Part shown: one piece after another, positions 27,389-38,237 of the stretch
Numbering within the stretch: position 1 is the stretch's first letter
How the letters are laid out: each line of letters starts with the position of its first letter
NCBI GenBank assembly: GCA_965204745.1
Contig: OZ242010.1
Span: 1,408,001-1,472,000, forward strand
DNA: 64,000 nt
Direction of reading: 5' to 3'
DNA from: Candidatus Latescibacterota bacterium
Lineage (GTDB): Bacteria > Latescibacterota > UBA2968
Made by a program: the position numbers and the translations under genes
Notes under the pieces: model-generated
Seen by the model: only the letters and a program-made list of their open reading frames with translations
Told to the model about the DNA's origin: nothing
Databases searched by the model: none

Positions 27389-30157
27389 ATGTTGGATAAC
27401 ACCCTGTATTTGTTGGATGGGATGGCGTTGGTGTATCGGGGGCATTTTGCGATGATCCGCAATCCGCGCATGACGGCGAAAGGGATGAACACTTCGGCGT
27501 TATTTGTTTTTGCAAACACCCTGTTGGACATTTTGGACAACGTGCAACCCTCGCATTTGGCCGTGGTTTTCGACACGCCAGAGCCTACGCATCGGCACGA
27601 AATGTACGGAGCGTACAAGGCGCAACGAGAAGCCATGCCCGAGGATTTGAGCGTCGCGCTACCCTATATCGATCAGATGTGCGACGGGTTCAACGTGCCG
27701 GTGATTCGCAAGCCGGGGTACGAGGCCGACGACGTGATCGGCACGCTGGCCAAGGCCGCCGAGCAGGCCGGGTTCACCACGTACATGGTCACGCCGGACA
27801 AGGACTTTGCCCAACTCGTATCGGAAAAAACCCGGATCAGCAAGCCCGGGCGCATCGGGTATGGCGCGGAGATTTTGGGCGTGGCAGAGGTGTTGGCGCA
27901 ATGGGAAATCGAGCGCGTGGATCAAGTGGTCGATATGCTCGGCCTGATGGGCGATTCGAGCGACAATGTGCCGGGGGTGCCGGGCATTGGGCCAAAAACC
28001 GCGCAAAAACTGATCGCGCAATACGGCAGTGTGGAGGGCCTGCTCGATCATATTGACGATTTGAAGGGCAAGCAAAAAGAGAATGTGGAGACGCATCGCG
28101 ACCAGGCATTGCTGTCAAAGGAATTGGTCACCATCCACCGCGACGTGCCGGTGGATTGCGGGTTGGATGACCTGCTGGTCAAGCCGCGAGACGACGCGAA
28201 GTTGAAGCCCCTGTTTGCCGAGTTGGAGTTCCACACCCTGGGCAAGCGGCTGTTTGGCAGTGAGTTTGACGTGGATCGACAACAGCCATCCCTGTTCGGC
28301 GATGCGGCAACTGAGCCGCCGGGCGAATCGCAGTACAAAACCCTCGCGGATGTCGAACACGAGTATCACCTGATAGACACGCGGGAAAAGCGCGCGGCAC
28401 TGATCGAAGACTTGGCGCGGCAAAAGGCATTTTGCTTTGACACGGAAACGACGGGCCTGAATCCGAGAACGTGCGACTTGCTCGGCTTGGCCTTTGCGTT
28501 TCAACCGCACGCGGGGTATTACGTGCCCATGCCGGAAGACGCGGCTGAACGCAATGCCGCGTTGGAAGAATTTCGGGCCGTGTTGGAAAATCCCGAGACA
28601 GAAAAGATCGGCCACCACCTCAAATTCGACCTGGCCGTGTTGCTGTGGCAGGGCATTGACGTGCGCGGGCCGATGTTCGACACCATGCTGGCCGCGTACG
28701 TCATCGCCCCGGAATCGCGGCGCGGCATGGACTTTTTGGCACAAACCGTGTTGGGCTACGAACCCATTGCACTTGAGTCTTTGATCGGAAAAAAGAAAAA
28801 GGGCATCAAACAAAAAACCCTGCGCGACGTTCCGCTGGCCCGGGTGGCGGAATACGCGGCAGAGGATGCGGACATCACCTTGCAACTGGCCGACGCATTG
28901 CGGCCGAAAATCGAGGAGAAGGGACAGACGCGCGTGTTTGAAGCCATCGAATGCCCGCTGATCCCGGTGCTCGCGGGCATGGAGTACGAGGGCATCCGCA
29001 TGGACGTGCCGGTGATCGAGGTGTTGTCGGACGACTTGCAAGACGAACTCGCGGCCATTCACAAGCGCATCTACGAGTTGGCAGGCGAGGAGTTCAACCT
29101 CAACTCCCCCAAGCAACTGGGCGAGATCTTGTTCGACAAGCTGAAACTCGACCCCCATGCGCGGCGCACCACCAAGACCAAGCAGTATCAAACCGGGGAA
29201 TCCATTTTGCAGCGGCTGGCGCACAAACACGAGATCGTCGAACAAATTTTGATGTACCGCACGTACTCGAAGTTGAAATCCACGTACTTGGACATGTTGC
29301 CGGGCACGGTCTTTGCCAAGACCGGGCGCGTGCATACGCATTACGAACAAGCCGTGACCGTGACCGGACGCCTGCAATCGCACGAACCGAATTTGCAAAA
29401 TATCCCCATTCGCACGAAAAAGGGCCGCGAGATTCGCAAAGCCTTTGTGCCGCGCAACGCGCACTACGCGCTGTTGTCCGCAGATTATTCGCAGATCGAA
29501 TTGCGCGTGGTCGCAGAACTGAGCGCCGATGCCGAGATGGGCAGGGCCTTTCGGGATGGGCTGGATATTCACGCGGCGACCGCGATGAAAATTTACGGCT
29601 TGGACGAAGGCGATGTGACCGCCGAGATGCGCCGTCAGGCCAAAACCGTGAACTTCGGCATTATTTACGGGATTTCGGCATTTGGCTTGGCACAGCGGTT
29701 GGACATTCCGCGGTCGGAGGCCGGGCGGTTGATCGATCAGTATTTCGACCAGTTTCCGGGGGCGAAAAAGTACATGGACGAAACCATTGCTTTTGCGCGC
29801 GACCACGGGTACGTGGAGACGATGACGGGCCGCAGGCGGTACTTGCGGGATATCCACTCGCGCAACGCCACTACGCGCAAGCGCGCAGAGCGCAATGCGA
29901 TCAATTCGCGGATCCAGGGCACGGCGGCGGACATGATCAAAATTGCGATGCGCCTGATTCAAGACGCGCTGCAAGAACGCGCATTAAAAACGCGCATGTT
30001 GCTCCAAGTCCACGACGAACTCGTTTTTGACATGCACAAAGACGAGGCCGAGGTGGCGATGCCACTCATCGAAGAGGCGATGAAAAACGCCCTGCCGATG
30101 TCCGTGCCGATTGTGGTGGAAATGGGCATGGGAAGCAACTGGCTGGAAGCGCATTGA
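27389..30157 (+). CDS. polA: DNA polymerase I
   Basis: LLDG, EADD, FDTETTGL, DYSQIELR, KTVNFGIIYG and QVHDEL motifs; GGAG RBS before ATG at 27389. Confidence 0.97.
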   Translation: MLDNTLYLLDGMALVYRGHFAMIRNPRMTAKGMNTSALFVFANTLLDILDNVQPSHLAVVFDTPEPTHRHEMYGAYKAQREAMPEDLSVALPYIDQMCDGFNVPVIRKPGYEADDVIGTLAKAAEQAGFTTYMVTPDKDFAQLVSEKTRISKPGRIGYGAEILGVAEVLAQWEIERVDQVVDMLGLMGDSSDNVPGVPGIGPKTAQKLIAQYGSVEGLLDHIDDLKGKQKENVETHRDQALLSKELVTIHRDVPVDCGLDDLLVKPRDDAKLKPLFAELEFHTLGKRLFGSEFDVDRQQPSLFGDAATEPPGESQYKTLADVEHEYHLIDTREKRAALIEDLARQKAFCFDTETTGLNPRTCDLLGLAFAFQPHAGYYVPMPEDAAERNAALEEFRAVLENPETEKIGHHLKFDLAVLLWQGIDVRGPMFDTMLAAYVIAPESRRGMDFLAQTVLGYEPIALESLIGKKKKGIKQKTLRDVPLARVAEYAAEDADITLQLADALRPKIEEKGQTRVFEAIECPLIPVLAGMEYEGIRMDVPVIEVLSDDLQDELAAIHKRIYELAGEEFNLNSPKQLGEILFDKLKLDPHARRTTKTKQYQTGESILQRLAHKHEIVEQILMYRTYSKLKSTYLDMLPGTVFAKTGRVHTHYEQAVTVTGRLQSHEPNLQNIPIRTKKGREIRKAFVPRNAHYALLSADYSQIELRVVAELSADAEMGRAFRDGLDIHAATAMKIYGLDEGDVTAEMRRQAKTVNFGIIYGISAFGLAQRLDIPRSEAGRLIDQYFDQFPGAKKYMDETIAFARDHGYVETMTGRRRYLRDIHSRNATTRKRAERNAINSRIQGTAADMIKIAMRLIQDALQERALKTRMLLQVHDELVFDMHKDEAEVAMPLIEEAMKNALPMSVPIVVEMGMGSNWLEAH

Positions 30158-30168
30158 GGAGGGGAGGG

Positions 30169-30765
30169 ATGTTCCACTGGATAAAAAAATTGTTCGCGCC
30201 GCCTGTCGAACGCCTGCCGCAACTCGAAATGTTCCGCGATCACCTCTGCGACCTGCCCGAGATCGAGAAGGTGAGCGCGTACGCGGTTCGCACCTATTGT
30301 CCGGGTGACGAAGCCGCGTGGTGTCGCATCATGGAAGGGAATGTGGGCAGCAACTGGACCGTGCAGAAATGCCGAGAGAATTTAATTTGGGATTCCCGGT
30401 TTCAAGCCGAGAACCTCTTTTTTCTCACCCACGAGGGCGACCCCATTGCCAGCGCTTGTGCGTGGCGCGCGGATGACCAATCGCCAGCCATCGGCGAGAT
30501 TCACATGGTCGCCGTGCTGTCCGACCATCGCGGCAAGGGGCTCGGGCATTTGCTCAACGCGCTCGTCCTGCATCGCCTCAAAGCACTGGGCTATCAAAAA
30601 GCCCATCTCAAAACCGACGACTGGCGTTTGCCTGCGATCAAGACCTACCTGACCGCGGGCTTCCAACCCCTCAATACGCACGAGAGCCACCCCGAGCGAT
30701 GGGAAGCGATAGTTGCGAAGTTGGAAGGAGGGCCGGGCCACTCCCTGCCCAACCGCCTTCGGTAA
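30169..30765 (+). CDS. GNAT-family acetyltransferase
   Basis: VAV...HRGKGLG motif A and AIKTYLTAGF. Confidence 0.85.
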   Translation: MFHWIKKLFAPPVERLPQLEMFRDHLCDLPEIEKVSAYAVRTYCPGDEAAWCRIMEGNVGSNWTVQKCRENLIWDSRFQAENLFFLTHEGDPIASACAWRADDQSPAIGEIHMVAVLSDHRGKGLGHLLNALVLHRLKALGYQKAHLKTDDWRLPAIKTYLTAGFQPLNTHESHPERWEAIVAKLEGGPGHSLPNRLR

Positions 30766-30804
30766 GAGGTGAGACGGGAGATGGGAGAGGGTGCTGCGCT
30801 CCAG

Positions 30805-33800
30805 TCAAAACAACGACAACTGCTCCGTGGATTTGGTGCGGGTTTTGGGGCGTAGCTCGACGCGGTCGATCACATCTTCGGGAATATCATCTACAAAGCG
30901 CGACACCTCGGGCCGAATGCGTTCGCCAAATCGCGTGCGGCTTCGGGCGTGCGTGAGGATCACCTCGTCTTGCCCGCGCGTGATGCCCACGAAAAACAGG
31001 CGACGTTCCTCTGCGACATCCGCATCCGAATACGGCAACAATCCCTCCTCTGTGCCGCAGATAAAGACCACCGGAAACTCCAGCCCCTTGGACGCATGCA
31101 AGGTCATCAGGGTCACGGCTTCGGGGCGGATAACCCGGCCGTGGCGCACGAAATCGCCATCTTGCCCCAGTGTGACCACGTCCAATAATTCCGCGATGGT
31201 ATCCACGCCTTCGGCCAACAATCCCAAGCGCGCGATGTCCACATCCTCGGACGATGCAAATTCATCTGCCCACGCCGCGATGAGTTCCGCGGGCGATAGC
31301 CCGGGCAATGCCTCGCGGAAGCGATCCGCAGCCTCGCGCACCGCATCCCATTTCTCTTGCACGGCGTCTGGCAATGCGTCGGGCAAACCGCCCTTGCGAA
31401 TGCCCTTTCGGAGGGCCGCACGCGCCTCGCGCCCGGGGTCGAATTTCGGAAGGGTCAAGACGTCGATCAATGCGTGGGCGTCGCCGCGCAGGACGTACTT
31501 GAAAAATCCGAGGGCCTGCTGTGTGGAGGGCGCGTCCAAATACCCCTTTTGCCCGATGACGCGATAGGGAATGCCCGCCTCCAAAAAACGCGATTCCAGC
31601 GCGTCTGCCTGCCGCCCGGTGCGGAACAAAACCGCAAAATCCCCCAACCCGCGCTTGCCCTCTTCATTGGCGTTTAGCAAATCCGCGCCGCCGACCCGCT
31701 CCACAATCGCATCCACTATCGCAATGCCCTCGGCCAGTTCCCCCGGCGCGGATAATAATTTCAGATTCGCGCCGCGCCCTCGCACCGCGACAAGGGATCG
31801 CCCGGCGATGCGCGCGCCCGCGGCCACGATTTGGGGCGTTGAGCGAAACGTGCGTTGCAACACCACCTCGCGCGCCTTGGGGAAATCCGCTTTCAGTTGG
31901 GCAAAATACGCCGCGCTCGCCCCGCGAAATCCGTAGATCGCCTGATCCGGATCCCCGATGACAAACAGCCCATCGCCGTTCCCGGCCAATTTTTGAACCA
32001 GCGCGTACTGCACCGCATTGACATCTTGGAACTCATCCACCAACACATGGGCAAAACGCGCCTGCACATCCCGCAACACCTCGCCGCACAACACCTCGTC
32101 CAAGACGAGCAAAATATCGTCAAAATCCATCAGCCCATAAGACGCCATGAGACCCTGATACGCCGCATAAATCGCACGCGAATCAGCGTCTAATTCCCGC
32201 GCACCGGCCTTGCACATCGCGATATCGGACAGGGCTTGGTCAACCGACACCTCTGCCCCCAAACTGGCAACCGCCTCTTGCAAAACGCCGCGCGCCTCGG
32301 CCCTATCGGCGATGGTGCCCAACCGGTCGGGCGCGTATTCCCGCAGGAGATCCAACGCCAAGCGGTGAAACGTGCCCACGCGCAACGGCACGAGTTCCTC
32401 GCCCCCGGAGAACAGGGTCACGACGCGCTCCCACATTTCAGCCGCAGCGCGATTGGTAAATGTCACGGCCATGACGGATGCCGGCGACACGCCGCGATTT
32501 TGAATCAAATCGACGATGCGATGCGTGAGCACGCGGGTTTTTCCGGTACCGGGGCCGGCGATGGCGATTGTGGGGCCTGTGGCGATTGCGACGGCTACCC
32601 GTTGGTCCGGGTCTAAGCCAGAGGTGGAAAGCGGCGAGGGGTTGTGCGCTGGTGGTTGTGCGCTAGGGATTGTGCGTTCTGCGTCTTTCTTTTTAGCGGG
32701 GATTATCTGCTCCACCTTTGCGGGTAGATGGAACAGGGCGTCTTGTCGGCTTAGGATGGCGCGGTCTTCGTCTGAAAAAACTTGGATTTTCCCGTACACG
32801 CCGTCGTAGCCCGGCGCGATATGAACTTCGCCTACGCGCATCCGGCGGATGCCTTCGGCGATGAGGGGGTCGCCCGTTCGTGCGAGTTCTTCCACTGGCA
32901 AGGCGCGCAAAATGTGCAATTCTGGCCCGTGCGTTGCCAGCATGGTCTCGTACGCGGCTTGCACGCGCTTGCTCGTCGGCCCCACCTGCAAAACCGAGCC
33001 GATGATCTCGGGCAGGGGGATCAGGTTCTCATAAGGCATCGCCACGTCCGGGCGGGCGTCTTCTGCGCGGTCCGCGAGCCGTTCGACTCGGTGCAACACG
33101 CCCACGGTCAACGCACGCCCGCACACCGGGCAGATTCCCTCGGCGCGGAGGGTCTGCGCGGGTTTCCAACACACGTCGCATTTGCGGTGCCCGTCAAAAT
33201 GGTACTTGCCCTCTTCCGGATAAAATTCCAGCGTGCCCGTGAACCGCGTGGGATCTCGGTCTCGCAATGCCTCGTACATCCCGCGAAATGAGAGGTCCGT
33301 GTCAAAACAAGTGGCTTCGCGAGCCAATTTTTGCGGCGAATGCGCGTCCGAGTTGGAGACGATTGCGTAATCGTCTAGCATGGACAACCGCCAATTCATC
33401 GGCGGGTCAGACGACAGGCCGGTTTCCACCGCAAAAATATGGGGCAACATGTCTTCAAAACACTCGTCCAACGTATCAAACCCGGAACTCGCGCCCAAAA
33501 CCGCGAAATGGGGCGTCCAAATATGCGCGGGGATGAACAACACCTCGTCGCATGCGTCCAAACAAATCTCCACCAGATCTCGGCTGTCCAAGCCCAAAAT
33601 GGGCCGCCCGTCTGACTTCAGATTGCCAATGGCCCCCAAGCGCGCATTCAACCGCGCAACCGCGTCAAAACTCGGCATCACCACCACATGGTGAACTTTC
33701 CGCGTTTTGCCATTTTTTTTGTAAATGAGGCTGATCTCGACCGAGAGCACAAAGCGCGTCTCCCCGAGACACGCCTGCGGCAACGCCGCATCCACGTTCT

Positions 33801-34014
33801 GCCGCAAATCGCGCCGCAGTTGGAACAAGCCCTCTTCGCTCGGTTCGAGTTGATCGCGCAATTCTTCAACCCATACCGGATGCGTAAAATCGCCCGTGCC
33901 CACCACTGTCAGCCCTTTGATGCGGCTCCACCGATACAAATTTTCCGGATTCAATGTCTTGCTCGTCGCACGGGCAAAACGCGAATGCAGGTGAACATCG
34001 GCGATGTATTTCAT
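30805..34014 (-). CDS. PHP/endonuclease Q-like domain fused to a UvrD/PcrA SF1 helicase
   Basis: DVHLHS, GTGDFTHP, NSDAHS and Zn knuckle; then AGPGTGKT, VDEFQD, GDPDQAIY and TLHASKGLEF. Confidence 0.9.
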   Translation of the reverse strand: MKYIADVHLHSRFARATSKTLNPENLYRWSRIKGLTVVGTGDFTHPVWVEELRDQLEPSEEGLFQLRRDLRQNVDAALPQACLGETRFVLSVEISLIYKKNGKTRKVHHVVVMPSFDAVARLNARLGAIGNLKSDGRPILGLDSRDLVEICLDACDEVLFIPAHIWTPHFAVLGASSGFDTLDECFEDMLPHIFAVETGLSSDPPMNWRLSMLDDYAIVSNSDAHSPQKLAREATCFDTDLSFRGMYEALRDRDPTRFTGTLEFYPEEGKYHFDGHRKCDVCWKPAQTLRAEGICPVCGRALTVGVLHRVERLADRAEDARPDVAMPYENLIPLPEIIGSVLQVGPTSKRVQAAYETMLATHGPELHILRALPVEELARTGDPLIAEGIRRMRVGEVHIAPGYDGVYGKIQVFSDEDRAILSRQDALFHLPAKVEQIIPAKKKDAERTIPSAQPPAHNPSPLSTSGLDPDQRVAVAIATGPTIAIAGPGTGKTRVLTHRIVDLIQNRGVSPASVMAVTFTNRAAAEMWERVVTLFSGGEELVPLRVGTFHRLALDLLREYAPDRLGTIADRAEARGVLQEAVASLGAEVSVDQALSDIAMCKAGARELDADSRAIYAAYQGLMASYGLMDFDDILLVLDEVLCGEVLRDVQARFAHVLVDEFQDVNAVQYALVQKLAGNGDGLFVIGDPDQAIYGFRGASAAYFAQLKADFPKAREVVLQRTFRSTPQIVAAGARIAGRSLVAVRGRGANLKLLSAPGELAEGIAIVDAIVERVGGADLLNANEEGKRGLGDFAVLFRTGRQADALESRFLEAGIPYRVIGQKGYLDAPSTQQALGFFKYVLRGDAHALIDVLTLPKFDPGREARAALRKGIRKGGLPDALPDAVQEKWDAVREAADRFREALPGLSPAELIAAWADEFASSEDVDIARLGLLAEGVDTIAELLDVVTLGQDGDFVRHGRVIRPEAVTLMTLHASKGLEFPVVFICGTEEGLLPYSDADVAEERRLFFVGITRGQDEVILTHARSRTRFGERIRPEVSRFVDDIPEDVIDRVELRPKTRTKSTEQLSLF

Positions 34015-34089
34015 GGGAAATCCTCGGGATGAGCGGTTAGCGGCGCACGCACAGACGTAGCCAACGCCGGATCTAGACGCTTACTTTTT

Positions 34090-35076
34090 CTAAATCTGCG
34101 AATCGTAAATCGCATCGACCAATGCCATAGACTTTGCCGCGTCTTCAAAATTGGTCTCGGGTTGCCGGCCCGTTTTAATACAGTCGATAAAATGGCGGTT
34201 GATGGCATAGGCGCCAAACGCGACATGGGCTTCTCGGCTCTTGCCCAGTGCCCAGGGATCGAGCGTCTGCACGGGTTCGACATTGCCATCGGCAAAGACC
34301 TGCCCGCCCTCTTCGGGATCGCCAAACATCGACACGCCCGCCGAATGCGCTTCCACCGTGAACATGCGCCGCCCCATCATGTAACAATTTTGCAACACGC
34401 CGGTCGCGCCGGACGAAAAGCGCACCAATGCCGTGTGCATATTCCTAAATGTGGCATCCAATCGCCGCACGTCGCTCGCCACGCCCTCCACTTCGCCCCC
34501 GCACAAATACCGCAGGGTATCCACCGCGTGAATCCCATCGCAGGTCAGCTTTTCCATCGCGCCCTTGTAAATCGGTTGCCCGCCCACCTCGTTTTTGTAG
34601 AAATACGCGGCCGCGCTGTGAATGGGCCCGTTTTGCTCGCAGATCGCTTTGCCTGTGCGGATCACGGGCGCGAACCGCCGCTGGAATGTCACGCCGGTGA
34701 TCACCCGATTTTTTTTCGCGAGCAATGCCATCTGTTTGGCTTGTTCGGTCGTGACCGCGGGCGGTTTTTCAATGACGAGATGCACGCCCATCTCCATGAT
34801 ATTCGCCGCGAGGTCATAGACGTGATGCGGCGGCATAATCGCATAGACCACATCCGGCTTTTCCCGCTCGATCATCGCCGCGTAATCCGTGTATTGCGCG
34901 GGGATATCGTATTCTTCGGCCACCTGATTCATGCGCGTTTCATTCAATTCGCACACGGCCACTATCGCCACATCTGCCATATCGCGCAGCGAGGGATAGT
35001 GGGCACTGCGCGCCCGCCCCCCGGCGCCGATCATGGCGACCTTCACGCCCCCGTTAGACGATGTTGCTCGTTTCAT
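34090..35076 (-). CDS. Gfo/Idh/MocA oxidoreductase
   Basis: IGAG Rossmann motif, EKP and DGIH. Confidence 0.88.
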   Translation of the reverse strand: MKRATSSNGGVKVAMIGAGGRARSAHYPSLRDMADVAIVAVCELNETRMNQVAEEYDIPAQYTDYAAMIEREKPDVVYAIMPPHHVYDLAANIMEMGVHLVIEKPPAVTTEQAKQMALLAKKNRVITGVTFQRRFAPVIRTGKAICEQNGPIHSAAAYFYKNEVGGQPIYKGAMEKLTCDGIHAVDTLRYLCGGEVEGVASDVRRLDATFRNMHTALVRFSSGATGVLQNCYMMGRRMFTVEAHSAGVSMFGDPEEGGQVFADGNVEPVQTLDPWALGKSREAHVAFGAYAINRHFIDCIKTGRQPETNFEDAAKSMALVDAIYDSQI

Positions 35077-35115
35077 CTTGCTCTCCTCGTGTGTTGGCGT
35101 TGAGCTACCTGACCG

Positions 35116-36066
35116 CTAATCGCTTTCCCAAACCACTTGAACTAGCGCACGCATATACCCCACGGCAAAAGCGCGACCCGCCCAATCCGTGCCCGATTGC
35201 CAGAACTTGGGCGTGTGGTCCATCATGAACGGCCCGTTGAATCCCACGGATTTGTACGTTTGCATGGCGTTGTGCATATCGTTTTGCCCCTCGTCGATAA
35301 ACACCTCGCGGAAACTTCGCGGCGTGCCCTGAATGTCTCGAAAATGCACGTACGCGATTTTGCCCTTGCCACCGATATCGCGGATCGCTTCGCAAACATC
35401 CTCGCCCATTTCAGCCACACAGCCCTGGCAAAACAGCATGGCATTGCGCTCGCTACGGACGAGGTCAAAGATGCGGTGGTAGTGGTCGAGCGTTGATACG
35501 ATGCGCGCGGCCCCGCCCATGGGTTCGGGAATGGGCGGATCGTCCGGGTGCAAGGCCATGGTCACGCCGTATTCCTCGGCCACGGGTACGACGCGCTGCA
35601 AAAAGTACTCGATATTTTCCCACATGCCCGCTTCCGAGATCTCCTTGTCCGGATGATGCACGCCTTGGCGTGCCCATTCGTCGTAGTCAAACGTGCTGTA
35701 TTTGACGCCCCCGCGCCCTGTGGCAGACGCCGTGCGGAAATTCCCCACGGGCTTAAAATTGTACCCCAAAGTGGGGACGCCCGCCTCGCCCAAGTTGCGA
35801 ATGAACATGCACCAGGCGTCAATTTTTTCGTCTCGGTCTTCTCGCGCCAAAGTGATTTCATCCCAGCACGCGCTCGCGGCATTTTGCAAAACCAAGCCGT
35901 GTGCGGCCGCGAGATCGCGCATCTCCGCCCAGTACGCGCGGCGGTCTTTGCCATCGCGCATGTCCATCGACGGGTTGATGGTCAGATAGTCCACGCCTAT
36001 CGCTTTGAGAAAACTCAGGGATTCGTCATTCACCTGCGCGTAGTGCAACTGCTCTTGAATGGTCAT
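35116..36066 (-). CDS. uxuA: Mannonate dehydratase
   Basis: ALHPDDPP, FCQG, YVHFRD and DHTP motifs; GGAGG RBS before the ATG at 36066. Confidence 0.8.
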   Translation of the reverse strand: MTIQEQLHYAQVNDESLSFLKAIGVDYLTINPSMDMRDGKDRRAYWAEMRDLAAAHGLVLQNAASACWDEITLAREDRDEKIDAWCMFIRNLGEAGVPTLGYNFKPVGNFRTASATGRGGVKYSTFDYDEWARQGVHHPDKEISEAGMWENIEYFLQRVVPVAEEYGVTMALHPDDPPIPEPMGGAARIVSTLDHYHRIFDLVRSERNAMLFCQGCVAEMGEDVCEAIRDIGGKGKIAYVHFRDIQGTPRSFREVFIDEGQNDMHNAMQTYKSVGFNGPFMMDHTPKFWQSGTDWAGRAFAVGYMRALVQVVWESD

Positions 36067-36079
36067 GACAACCTCCTTA

Positions 36080-36372
36080 TCTCTTTGGGCGAGCACGGGG
36101 GCATCGCCCCTACGGGTCTCAGGTCTCGATTTTGGGGGATGGCAGGGTGGCCCTCTTCCGTCTTCCTCGCAAGCCCTATCCCCCCGGCCCCCTTTCCTAC
36201 AAGGAAAGGGGGAGCGCATGGCTTTTTGAAGGTTTGTATCCCTAGCTGTTTTGATGGCTTTGAGCGAATGGATCACGCCATGAACCCCAAAAACCTCTCG
36301 CGCAAATCCCTCACAAACCCTCTCGCCATTCCCCCCTTCCTCACAGGAAGGGGGGTTAGGGGGGTAGGTCCC
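36080..36372. repeat. Composite REP cluster
   Basis: GTAG-REP plus CCCCTTTCC..GGAAAGGGG hairpins; related units at 38145-38206 and 40450-40560. Confidence 0.7.
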
Positions 36373-36444
36373 AATAAACGTCTCGATCTTGGTTGACCAT
36401 TGAGACGGGACCGAGAGGGATTGAATCCACCGAGTAGCGAAAGG

Positions 36445-36479
36445 ACAAGCACGCGATGGATCCAACGCTTAATTCGCAT
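36445..36479 (-). mobile_element. Isolated IS982 left end
   Basis: Reverse complement ATGCGAATTAAGCGTTGGATCCATCGCGTG matches 37374 onward. Confidence 0.65.
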
Positions 36480-36500
36480 TGACAACTGACAACTGACAAC

Positions 36501-37352
36501 GGCGTTGTTGCATAAATGTTGTCGTGGCTAAGTTCGTCCCTTTCCCGCGAGATTTAAGCCCCTCTTTCTCTGGGATAGGACACGGGTTTCGCGATCCTCA
36601 TCATGCGATTGAGCACATCCCAACCGCGCTTCCGTTTCTTGGTTCTCCTGACTTCGCGCACGCAACTGCCGCCCAATGCGTTGTTTGTAGCGGCATAGTT
36701 GGGTTTCAACGACCGAGCGACGATGATAGCCACGGGTGCGTTTCCACTTTCGGCGGCCTTGACGCCGGATGGCTCGGATGATTTCATCGCGGGCCAAGGG
36801 AGGGACCTTCCTGTTTCCGTGTTGTTCAATTTTCGCGTCATGGCGCGGGGGAAGAAGGGGCCGGATGGGTGCTCCTTCTGTCGCCGGCAGAGGGTCGTGT
36901 GATCGGGCACACGCAACCACCCCCATCAACGCCAGGATGGACGTGAGAAACCCCTCGGTTTGACGCAGGGGCAAGGCAGAGACCAAGCGCAACATCAATG
37001 CCGTTTGAATAGCCAAATCTGAAAAGGTGTATGGCCTCCCCCGTTGCGTTGGCCCTTGATGGTACCACCCCCGAAGGGCTTGCGGCGTGATCCAAAACGT
37101 CAGACTGCCCCGTTGCTTGAGACCGGCCTCGTAGGCCGCCCAGTTCCTAACCCGATAGACAGGCTCACAGCGCGGGCGACGCGGGCGACGAGGTGCCTTG
37201 ACGGCGGTCTTGGAAGCGGTTATCTTGGGCATGGCAGGTTCCTTAGTGAGAAAGGGTGAGTTGTTTTGGTGATCCATATGCCCAATCTACGAAGGAGCCT
37301 GTCTTTTTGCAATCCCAACTTGCAGGCAATAGCTAATTTATGCAACAACGCC
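36501..37352 (-). mobile_element. IS5-family (IS903-like) element with degenerate transposase
   Basis: Perfect 17-bp TIR GGCGTTGTTGCATAAAT; YRVRNW..Y...L.QRGSLTFW and GYHRRSVVET motifs; frameshift and deletion; 8/9 match between flanks (ACTGACAAC / ATTGACAAC). Confidence 0.85.
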
Positions 37353-37373
37353 ATTGACAACTGACAACTGACA

Positions 37374-38032
37374 ATGCGAATTAAGCGTTGAATCCATCGC
37401 GTACTTGTCTTTTCTTGAGGGCGCAACCCTTTCACCCTCAAAGGAAGGAGCACGCGATGGATTGGCAAGATAAACGCATTCACTTGTATGTCTCTATTTA
37501 TCAGCAGTATGACCAAAAGCATCTGTGGTTTTATACACAACGCATGAGCAAGAACGACACGCCGACCTTCACAGATGAAGAAGTGCTGACGATCCCTCTG
37601 TTTGGGATCATGCAACAACACACGCAGATCATGGCGATTGATACCTATACGAAGGATCATCTGTTCGACTGGTTTCCCAATCTGCCCACTTATGCAGGCT
37701 ATGTCCGGCGGTTGAACCGCTTGTGTGTGGTCTTCGCCCCATGGATTGAACAAATCCAAAAGGACAGTCCCGCAACCGATGTCTCTGAACACACCTACTC
37801 GGTGGATTCCATGCCGATTGTCATGGCACAATCGGCACGCAGGCCGAAAAAGACTTTTCTCGGGCGGTTTCGAGCATGCGACAGCCGATAGCGGCCTTGT
37901 TCAGTTGGATTGAACAAAAGACAAACCTCTCGATGGCGTCTCGGGTACGATCAGAGGATGGCTTACTCGTTCATGTCTTTGGGCGATTGACCGCGGCTTG
38001 CTTCTTACTCGCTTTCTACTCTTGATTCGCAT
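37374..38032 (+). mobile_element. Internally deleted IS982 copy (pseudogene)
   Basis: Homologous to 23484-24467 with a deletion near 37841 and frameshifts. Confidence 0.88.
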
Positions 38033-38039
38033 TGTCAGT

Positions 38040-38105
38040 GGCGTTGTTGCATAAGTGCCTTCTGTTTGGGGGTTGCAAAAAGACAGGCTCCTTCGTAGAT
38101 TGGGT
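38040..38105 (+). mobile_element. Isolated IS5 left end
   Basis: GGCGTTGTTGCATAA...TTGCAAAAAGACAGGCTCCTTCGTAGATTGGG matches the reverse complement of 37280-37352. Confidence 0.7.
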
Positions 38106-38237
38106 CTATTTGTCACCGAAACAACTCATCCTTTCGCATGTCAGCCCCCGCCCAGCCGCCCAAAATCGAGACGTGAGACCGTAGGGGCGATGCTCCTGTG
38201 CTCGCCGCATGATCGCTGACTGCTGGTCGCTTATTTT

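Noticed and set aside
28115-29974. Long minus-strand ORF (also 42218-43780 and 44460-46316)
   Set aside because: Antisense shadows of well-supported genes in GC-rich DNA
36067-36465. N-terminal extension of UxuA
   Set aside because: Translated REP cluster; RBS supports the start at 36066
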